A DNA stretch of 64,000 nucleotides, from the NCBI GenBank assembly GCA_049840735.1, contig JASGJN010000017.1, positions 320,001 to 384,000 on the forward strand. Direction: 5' to 3'. Source of the stretch: Anaeromyxobacter sp. (GTDB lineage: Bacteria; Myxococcota; Myxococcia; Myxococcales; Anaeromyxobacteraceae). The translations under genes were made by a program, and so were the position numbers. Below the pieces are notes generated by a model, which was given only the letters and a program-made list of their open reading frames with translations, did no database searches and was not told where the DNA came from. Of this stretch, positions 54,473 to 64,000 are shown piece after piece. Within the stretch, counting starts at the first letter, position 1, and the number at the start of each line of letters is the position of its first letter.

Positions 54473-57400
54473 CGTCAGCAAACGCTACCCTGGGAAGGGG
54501 AAGACGCCGCGGGGGCGGCGGGACAGGAAGCCGCGGCTGGGGACCAGAAGGGCCAGGCACTGGGGAGGGCCGCGGCCGGAGCGGAATCACATTTGAATCA
54601 TCTCGCGGCGCACTAGGAGCCCTGGGAATTGGGGTCTTGAGATCCTGAACGCCACGCCAGGCGGTAAGCAAGTTGTATATCTGGGCCACCAAATCGATCG
54701 CGGTGCTCGCAGCATCTCTATACCCCATCGACGCCCATCGCGCCTCAGCCCCAAACGTCGCCTCCTTCGCCACCTCCGCCGCCCACGGCCTCGCTTCGGT
54801 GGAAGTAACGAAGTGCCATGCGACCGGCTTGCCGCCGTACCTGGGCAGCGGCGCTAGATCCCGGCCAGGCGCCACCTTATCCCAAGACCAGCCGGCCGCA
54901 TGGTCCCCCGCCGCCTGCTTCCTGAGATCCGCCCTTAGCCAAGCGTACTGCGCAGCCCCCTCGTCGGTGGTGCGCCACGTGAGGAGCAAGAAGGATTTCG
55001 GGTCCCGGGGATCCGGAATTAGCTTGTCACCATCGAATGACCCCACGGGAGCACCGCGATACTCGATTCCCTCATAGGCGCCCCTATTTAGCCCACGGAG
55101 ATAGATGCGCTCCTCCCGCTTGGCGAGCTCCCGATAGTACGCCGACCGCTCAGGAGTATTGCCGGCCGGCTTAATCTCCATGCCGTCCATCTCAGAGCTG
55201 TTAGTAATGTCGGGTTTCATGTCCTTCTCAAAGTCCAACAACGAATCAGGATCGCCGGTTCGAGAGCGCTCTAGAATATAGGGAATGCGGTAATGATTGG
55301 CATAGATCTTCTCTCCGATTCTACCCAAGTCCGCCGCATAGGTGATTCCGATAATCTCGTGTGCGGCGAGGCCAAGCCAAAGCTGCTCAGCGCTCATCCC
55401 CGGCTCACCAAAGTCGTACGGATCGATGCCGAGAGCTTTTGCGCGCGCAAAGATCTCGTCTAGGGTGAGATTGCTGGGAGGAACTCCACCCGCGACCTGC
55501 AGCAACCCCGGGGCCACCGGCCCGGCCAGAACGGCTGGAGACACGACGCCCGCCGCCCCTGCTCTGGGCATCCCAGACATGAGGCTGCCCCGGGAGTCTA
55601 CCAGGGCACCACCATAGAACCCCCGGATGTCACCATCGGCATAGTAGTCGGACTCCTCAGCGCCGCCTGGAGCGTCGACAACTTGCCCGCCATACGCGGG
55701 ACTTCTCCCTACACCCGGAGCCCCCCCAGGCCCTGGCAAAGGCTTCTGGCCGTGAATGGCATTCTGTACGAAGCCGCCGAGTTTGTTGAATAGCCACTCC
55801 GGCCCTCCGGAGTGCTGCAGCGCGTTGACGGTAGCGCTGGCGAGCGCGTTTCCGAACGAATCGGTCGCGACCTGCTTGATGTTCACGCGGCCATTTACGA
55901 CCATTGAAACAGCGCTCTGACGAATGACGCCGTTCATGGCCTCACGGAGCACCGTCTCCCCCGCGCCCACCAACTGGTTCCCGCGAATGAGCGAATTGTC
56001 CGAGTGCCCGAGGTTTGACAGCGCCCCGCCATAGAACACCTTGTCCGCTGCAGTGTTAAGCCCCGCAGACAAACTGGCCATCGCCATCGATTTCCAGCTG
56101 AACTTGTCCTGCGTGCCCACCAGGATAGCAATGCCCTGCGACGCGGCGTTCTGAGCCGCAGCATTCAAGGCTGCTGCCCCAACCCGCAATGCGGTGTTCT
56201 GGATGCCGGAGATAGCTCCACTGCCCGCTCCAAGCACAGACGTGGCGGCGGCGACAGCAACCTGCTTCCAGCTGAAGCTCTCCTGCATGCCCATGGCCAT
56301 TCCGACGAGCTGACCGGCAGCGGATCCCACAGCGGCACCGATGGCACCTGCGACCGTGCTAGCCGCGAAGCCCACGCTGAGGGCCCCCATCGCCGGTCCG
56401 AGCACCGCCAGTGCAGCCCCGGCGGTGAAGTACGCGGCCACCGCGGTGACCACGATCACCATGATCATCCCGATGACGCCGCACCCCTTGTTGGCGGGCA
56501 TCGGGATGTTCGGCGTGGTGCTGCCGACGATCCGGGACTGGTCGTAGGGTTGGTACGTGTCGGCGGTGTTCTTGGAGCCGATCGCGCCGTTCGGGATGAC
56601 CAGGGTCTGGCCGACGCGCAGGTCTGCGTCGGTGCGCAGGCCGTTGGCGTCGGCGATCAGGTACCAGAGGCTCGAGTCGCCGTAGGACGACTGGGCGATG
56701 GACTTGAGCGTGTCGCCCGCGCGCACGGGGTACTGGCCCACGGCGGCGGATGGGTAGGCGTTGGTGATGGGCCGGTAGGTGAGGCCGAAGTTGCCCTGCG
56801 CGACGTAATTCGGGTCGCCGTTGTCCTTGTTCTGCTTGTTCGGATCGGTGCCCTCCCCGTACACGCCCATCACGTTGCCGTTGACCACCAGCTCGCGGAG
56901 GATGCGCTCCTCCTGGACCTTCTGCAGGACGTGGCCATCGGCGTCGTTGATGAAGCTGCGGTCGTAGGCGTTCTTGGTCGAGTCGTCGAGGCCGATCAGG
57001 AAGCCGTTCCCGTCATAGGTCTCGGTGGTGGTGCCCTTGTTGCCGGCGTCGTCCTCGCGGTAGGCGACGACCTTGGCTTCCTTGTAGCCCTCCAGCTTCG
57101 CGAAGCTGACCTCGAAGACCTGCTTGGCGCCGCTCGAGCCCTTGCTGGTGTAGTTCTTGACGTTGCCGGCGGCGTCGTAGCCGGCCCCGTCGGTCCAGAC
57201 GCCATTGACCTTGGCCTCGTAGCGCGTCTCGTTGTCGAAGGCCCCGTTGGCCTTCATCACCTTCATCGACTTGACGCGCCCGTTCTCGTCGTAGCGGGTC
57301 ACGCGGTTGCGGGCGCCATTCGCCTCGGCGTCGTTTGCCACCAGGGCCGTGCGGTAGCCGGGCGCAACATCGTCGCTGGTGCCAACCTTCACCACCCGCG

Positions 57401-60400
57401 AGGCGCGGTCGTAGAGCCGCTCGTCCAGCTTGAGCGCAAGATCCTCGCTGAGTGCATTCCAGTTCTCGTCGAAGACACCGGTCTTCACCGAGGAGAGCCG
57501 GTTCAGGGCGTCGTAGGTGTAGTACTCGTAGTTGACGCCCTCGCGCGCGGAGTAGGTCACGTAGGTCATGTCCGAGCCGTAGAACGGGCCAACCAGGCTC
57601 GTCGTGACCTGCTTGCCCCAGGACACGTCCTTGATGCGGTTACCGTTCTTGTCGTAGGCGAGGATGTGGCCCTGGTCCTTGGTGATGTTGGCCAGGTCGC
57701 CGGCGTCGCCGTTGACCGCGCCGTCCACCAGGATCTGGCGGTTCATGGCGTCGAAGGCGAAGAACTGGTTCTTGGTGCTCGCCTTGGTGTCGTAGACGGT
57801 GTGGGTGCCGATGACCGGCGCGCCGTAGGCGCCGACCGGGCCGTAGTCGGTGACCACCCGCCGGGTCTGCGCCTGGTAGGTGGTCAGCTGGTGGATGCGG
57901 TTGCCGACGGCGTCGTACTCGAACAGCACCGAGACGCCGTCCATGGCCTCCACGGTCGCGAGTCGGCCCAGCGTGTCGTAGCCGAGCCGCTGGTTCTGGT
58001 AGGTGACGGCGTCGGTGGGTAGCGCCTCGTTGGCCTGGATGCCGACACCCGAGGCCAAGCCGCTGACCGGCGTGCCCTGGGTGGTCTGCTCGAGGATCCG
58101 CTTTCCGCCGTAGTTGCAGGCGTAGACGGTGCGCTGGCCGATGGCCCGGTCGCGGATTCGACCAGCTGACCGGCCGCGTCGTAGGCGTAGCCGAGGTTCT
58201 GGGCGGAGCGCTCGGTCGTGGCGCTGCTCCACTTGGCAACGAGCTGGTTGGCCTTGTCGTAGGCGAAGAAGGTCTCGGTGCCGCCGATATCCTTGTGGGA
58301 CTTGAGCTGGCCCTTCACGAAGGTCCAGGTGGCAACGGCGCCGTTGGCGTCCTTGTCCCCCACCTGGCGGCCGGCCTCGTCGTAAACCTGCTCGCTCTTC
58401 TGGCCCCCGGGCTGCTCGGTGGCGATCAGGTTTCCGCGGAGGTCGTAGGTGTACTCGACGCGCTCGGCGTTCGGGTTCACCTGGGCGATCTTCCGCCCGG
58501 CCTGGTCGTACTCCATGGTGGTCGTGAGCTCGACCTTGCCGGCGACGGCCTCCGGAACCAGCGTGACGGCGTACTGGTCGCTGACTGTGTAGGCAGCCAC
58601 GCCGTCGCTCTTGATGCTGATGTTCCGCCCCAGTTTGTCGAAGCCGTACCGGGTGGTGTGACCCTCGGCGTCCTCGACCTGGACTTGGTTACCGAAGGCG
58701 TCGAAGGAGCGGGTGATCTCGCCGCCGTCGGCGTGGATCTCGCGCGTCAACTGGCCACCCTCGTCCCAGACCTGCTGGTTGAGGTTGCCGTTGGCGTCCC
58801 GGTTGCCGATCTCGCGCCCCAGCTCATCGTAGGAGCTGAACGACGTCGGTCCGCTCGCCCCGCCGTTCAGATCCGGCTGGGTCCGCTTCAGCAGCTTGTT
58901 CTGCGCGTTGTACTGGAACAGCGTGAGCCAGCCGCTGTTCCGGGCGTCGCTCTGGCTGGTGATGTTGCCCCAGCGGTCGAAGACCTGGTTCACCTCCGGC
59001 CGGATCGCCTGGGCGTCGGTCGAGTCCTGCCGCCACGGGAGCAGCTGCTTGGTCGCCCGCCCCAGCGCGTCCACCACGAACTCGGTGCGCCGGACGCCGC
59101 CCGTCTTGGCATCGAGCGTGTCCACGGCCGCTGCGGTGCTGTAGGCCGACAGGGACAGATCCAGCGCGCCTGCGCTGGAGATCTCGGCGGTCTTGTTGCC
59201 CAGCAGGTCGTACAGCGTGACCTTGATGGTCCCCTCACCCGAGCTGGTCCGCCACTGGCGCCCGGCCCCGTCGTAGTCGAAGGTCTCGACCTCCGACGCC
59301 GTCGTGCGGGAGGTCATCTCCCCGAAGGCGTTGTAGACCATCGTGCAGACGACCTCGACCGGCGAGGTCACGGGATCGACGATCGCTCCACCGTACTGGT
59401 TGACCCCGAGCTTGGTGGCCAGCCCCGGCGTGATGATGCGCTTCTGCTGGCCGAGGGCGTCGTACTCGAACCGCGTGAAGAGCGTCCGGTTGATGTGGTC
59501 GTTGCCGGTCACGGTCTGCGACTGGCTGAGCGCGTGGCCAGCCTTGTCGTAGGTCATGGAGTGCGAGTACCCCATGGCGTCCTTGACCTGGACGGCGTTT
59601 CCGGCCCGGTTGTACCGGGTGATGGTCTTCCGCTCCTCGCCAGCGACGGCCTCGCCGGTCTCGAGATTCGAGGCGCCGCCTGCCCACTCGTGCTGCACGG
59701 TGACATTGCCGAACGCGTCGCGCTCATACGTGGTCAGCGGGGCGAGGGCCGAGTTGTCCGCCGTGCTGGTGCGCGTCGGGGCCACCACCGCCTGGGTCCG
59801 GCCCAGCGCGTCGTAGATGGACCGGGTCACCTTCCCCAGGGCGTCGGTGGTGAGGGTCAGGTTCCCAACGCCATCGTAGGCGTAGCGGGTGGTGAGGTCT
59901 TTCTTGACCCCTAGCTTGGGATCAACGCTCAGCACCACGTCCTTGAGCGTCTCGGCCACCTTGCGGTTGAGGAGGTCGTACTCGTACGCCACGACCCGAT
60001 CGTCGGCCGAGGTCGTGGTGGACGTGAGGGTCTGGTTCGGTGTGGCGTACTCGGCCCGCTTGGTCAGGTTGCCGAGCGCGTCGTACTCCTGCACGGTGAG
60101 GTACTTCCCCGGATCGAGCGTCCGCACCTCGCGCCCGAGCCGGTCGTAGAGGTGGCTGGTCGTGACCCAGACCTGCTCCACGCCCGAGTTGTTGACGCTC
60201 TTGAGGGCGCGGACCTCGGAGACCTGCCCGAAGGCGTCGTAGGTGGTCTGCGTCTTCGCCCGCGCGCTCACGTGACCATAGGTGTCGCTCACCCAGGCCG
60301 AAGGCTGGCGCACCTCGGTCGCCCGGCCGAGCCGGTCGTAGTCGGTCTCGACCACGCGGTCGTCGGTGTGGGACTTGGGGGTGATCAGGTCCCTTACCGT

Positions 60401-63400
60401 CGTCGTGGTCGGCCAGGTGCCGTCCGCGATCGGAAGCCCGCTCTTGATGTCGGCCGCGTAGCGGGTGAGCTTCAGCGCTTCGCCGAAGGCGTTCCGCTCG
60501 TAGCCGGTGACGTACCCGGCCGCGTCCACCTCGTAACGGACCCGCCCGGCCTTGTCGTAGGCCTTGAACGCCTTGTTCCCGAGCACGTCGCGGTTGGCGA
60601 CGGCGTTGCCGAACACGTCGTACCAGACCTGCGTAAAGGTCTCGGTCCCGTCGTCGGTGGGCAGGCTGGTCCGGACCTGCCGGCCCATGGAGTCGTACTG
60701 GTAGCTCGTGATCCGCTGGTCGCTGCGGTCGGCCGCCTCGGTCCGGGTGAGCACGTTGCCCAGCCCGTCGTAGGTCATCCGCGTGGCCAGGCGCTCGTTC
60801 TTCTGCTCCACGTTCAGCTGGGCGTCGACGTACGTCAGCTGCACGGCGGGATCGAGCTGCTCCGTGAGCCGCCCGGCCGCGTCGTACGTGTAGTCCCAGA
60901 CGACGTTGTTCTTGTTCGTGTACCGGATCTTGCTGCCGACCGCGTCGTACTCGAACTTCTCGGTCTGGAGCAGCGCATCCCTGGAGAGCACCACGCGCCC
61001 CGAGGCGTCGTACTCGTAGCTGTCGGTCCGGTCGGCAGCCGGCGACTCCACCACCGCGCGCCAGATCTGGACCGCGCCCGCGCCGATGGACAGGCCGGAG
61101 AGGACCGGCGTGGCGTAGGACGTGGTCCGCGTGACCCGGCCGGCGCCGTCGTACTCGGTCCCCTTCACGCCGCCCTGGGCATCCACCGTGTAGCGCTGAC
61201 GGCCCGCGGCGTCGTACGCGACCAACGTGATCCGATCGTTGTTCGCATCCGCTGCCGGCAGTCCGCTGCGCACCCCGAGCGCGCTGATGGTCGGCGCGGT
61301 GTCGGGCGTGATCCTGTTGGCATATGCCGTGGTGCCGATCACGTGGCCCGCGCCGTCGTAGGTCCGCTCGACCACCGCCCCGATCCCGTCGACGCTGAAG
61401 ACCAGCCTGTTGGCGCTGTCATAGACGGCGCGAGTGATCCGGTCGCTGCCAGCGGTCACCACCGGCGTGAACCCGGAGGCCACGCCGGTCCATCCGCTGA
61501 CCACGGACAGCGGATCCTGGGCATAGGCGTAGGCGATGCTCCGGATGACGTTCCCGGCGGCGTCGTACTCCTGCTTGGTGATGCCGCCTGCGGCGTTCAG
61601 CTGGTACACGAGCCGGTTGGCCGTGTCGTAGGCGAAAAGCGTGACGCGGTCATCCGCGGTGAACGAGAGCACCTTGTCCACCGCGTCGGTGGACAGCAGC
61701 GCGGTGGCATAGGCCACCTGCTTGATCACGGCGCCATTCGCGCCGAAGGTCCGGTCGATGACTCCGCCGGCGCCGTCGATGGTGCGGCGCACGCGGCCCG
61801 CGCGGTCGCCCACCTGGCGGGTGGTCACGCCGGCGCGCGTCGTGTTGAGCCAGGTGTCCAGGTCGGTCTTGAGCGCCGCTCCGGTGGCCGTGGGCGAAAG
61901 GCCTTCCGGACGCTCCTTGTAAGCCACGTTCGTGGTCACGCTGCCGACGGTGGCGTTCACGTTAGCGTCGTAGATGAACTTCACCACCGCATTCGTGCCG
62001 TCTACCGTGTAGATCACCCGGTTGAGCGCGTCATAGACGGTACGGACACGCTGGTCGACGTCGGTGCCCTCGGGCCTGGCAAGCGGGTGAAGCGGATCCG
62101 GAGCCCAGGTCGGCTGCTTCTTGGCGTAGGTGCGGCGATCCACGACGTTGCCTGAGCCGTCGTAGGTCAGCTCGGTGATGCCGCCCAGGGCATCGATGGT
62201 GTACTGCAGCTGCCCGTCCGAGTTGTAGAAGCGGCTCTCCACCATGTTGGGCAGGGCCGCGGTACCCGGCTTCAGCCGATTGGTGATCTCGGTCCGCTTC
62301 GCCGCGCCGTCCGTGATCGCATCAAGCCCCTTGGTTTCGATGGGCGTGGCGTAGGTGGTGACCTGGGTGACCCGGCCATCCTTGTCGTAGGCCGTCTGCT
62401 GCACGCCGCCCGCCGGATCGACGGTGAAGGCCAGCCGGTTGGCCTCGTCGTACGCCATCCGCGTGACGTTGCCGTTGCCGTCGGTCCGGCGGACCACGTT
62501 TCCATTCTTGTCGTAGGCGAAGGCCTGGGTGAGCTTGAGCCCGTCCGGATCCACCACCGTCGCGACTCGCCGGCCCAGGGCATCGTACTGGTGCTCGGTG
62601 GTGGTCCCGCCGACGACCGTCACGCGCAGCGTGCGGCCAGCCAGGTCGTAGCTGTAGCGCGTGGTGATGCCGTTCTGGGTGACCTCCGTCACCTGCCCCT
62701 TGGCGTCGTACTTGGTGCTGGTGTTCTCGCCGGGGCCGGTGACGCAGGTGGTCTGCCCCTTGGCGTCGAAGCCGTACGTCGTGACGAGGTTGAGGCCGCC
62801 GGTCCCCGGATCCACGGTGCGGGTGCAGACACGGTTGACGGCGTCATAGCCGTACTCGACCACGTTCCGATTGAGATCATAGGTCCGGAGCAGCCGGCCG
62901 TGATCGTAGGTCCGCTCCTCCACCAGCGTGCCGCCGGCGAAGGACTTGGTCAGGTTGCCGTTGACGTCGTACTGCGACGTCCGCAGCAGCTCCTGCACGC
63001 CCCCCTTGCTGGTCGACACCTCGACGGTCGCGCCGAAGCGGTCGTGGGTGGTCTTGATGGCCACGTTCTCGGGCGTGGTCATGGTCACCGACCGGCCCGC
63101 CGTGTCGTAGGTGTACACGGTGGCCGGGTGGCCGGCCGCGTCGAACTGCTTGAGCACGCGGCTGAACGCGTCGTACTCGGTGACCCGCCTGTTGGTCAGC
63201 GGGTCGATGCTCTCGACCACCCGCCCGAGCTGGTCGTAGGTCTGCTTCCACTCTCCACCGTTCGCATCGACGGTGCGAATCAGTCGGCCGAACGCGTCGT
63301 ACTGCTTGGCGGTCTTGACCGCGAGACCGCCCACGTCGGCGACCGTCGAGGTCTGCTGACCGCGCCGGTCGTAGAAGATCGCGCTCACGACCTCCTTCCC

Positions 63401-64000
63401 GGCGAGATCGAGCTTCTGCACGGTGCGGACGGCCTGCCCGAAGGCGTCGTAGCTGGTGCGGACCCCGCCCCCGTAGGCGTCGATGGCTGCGTTCTGGCTG
63501 CCGCGGGCGTCGTACTGGAAGGTGGTGCGCTGGTTGAGGACCTGCTCGGACGCGTCGCCGCGCGCGCTGTCCAGCTTGGCCAGCGCGTCGCTGGTGAGCA
63601 CCCCGCCCGCCAGCGAGCCGAGATCGCTGGCCAGGATCGCCTTGGCGAAGCGGTTGGTGCTGAGCGCGTGGCCCAGGGCGGCGTAGGTGGTCTCGGCCAC
63701 CTCACCGGCAGCGTCCACCGTGAACCGGAGCCGCCCGGCCTCGTCGTAGAAGAAGACGGTCCGATGGCTGAAGACGTCGGTGGTCGCGACCTTGCGGCCG
63801 GCGGCGTCGTAGGTGTGCCGCACGGCGTACAGGGCCCAGGCAGCGGCCTCGGTCAGCTCACCCGACACGACCTTGGCGGCGCCCTCGGGCAGCAGCTCCG
63901 CGGTCACCCGGCCCAGGGCGTCGTACTGCGTCCGGAGGACCCGCTGGTCGGCCGTGCTCGCGGCCACCGTCTTGCGGACCAGGTTCCAGGCCTGGTCGTA
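54450..64000 (-). CDS. Giant YD/Rhs-repeat + LysM + TM polymorphic toxin 3 with a PD-(D/E)xK nuclease-like tip; 5' part outside the window; 1-nt deletion near 58158
   Basis: ORFs 57884..63967 and 54450..58232 join as YDAAGQL.EIRDRAIG (compare toxin 2). Frame is open to the edge; LysM at ~56593-56733; tip G.AAH.II...KPDI...EIKP. Confidence 0.9.

Overview
High-GC bacterial DNA. The host may be Myxococcota/Anaeromyxobacter-like, which is an inference only. There are three parts. (1) 1-15.2 kb: a tightly coupled minus-strand operon of flagellar-type export and basal-body genes (fliQ-fliR-flhB-flhA-flgF-flgG-flgA-flgH-flgI-flgB-flgC-fliE-fliF-[short fliG-like]-fliH-fliI-fliJ) that runs off the left edge. 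No hook, filament, stator, flgJ or fliP gene is in view. The FliG-position protein is short and FlgH has no lipobox. (2) Co-oriented and directly upstream: a family of giant YD/Rhs-repeat + LysM + transmembrane polymorphic toxins. One is complete (~4080 aa, lipase tip, ankyrin immunity). One runs off the right edge (PD-(D/E)xK nuclease-like tip). One is an IS-disrupted orphan. All three switch to a variable tip after a shared A(A/T)D(A/S)FGNAL motif. (3) 28.7-54.4 kb: a graveyard of orphan toxin-tip/immunity cassettes (colicin E5-like RNase, lytic transglycosylase-like, membrane-type), a tailspike-like beta-helix gene split by ISAs1, and many IS3/IS66/ISAs1/IS21/IS4 pieces. A ~60-bp repeat occurs 9 times here and is oriented consistently relative to the cassettes. 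Best hypothesis: a flagellum-derived, non-motile type III secretion machine paired with a LysM-Rhs polymorphic toxin system that has its own cassette-shuffling sites. Many single-base indels look like sequencing errors.
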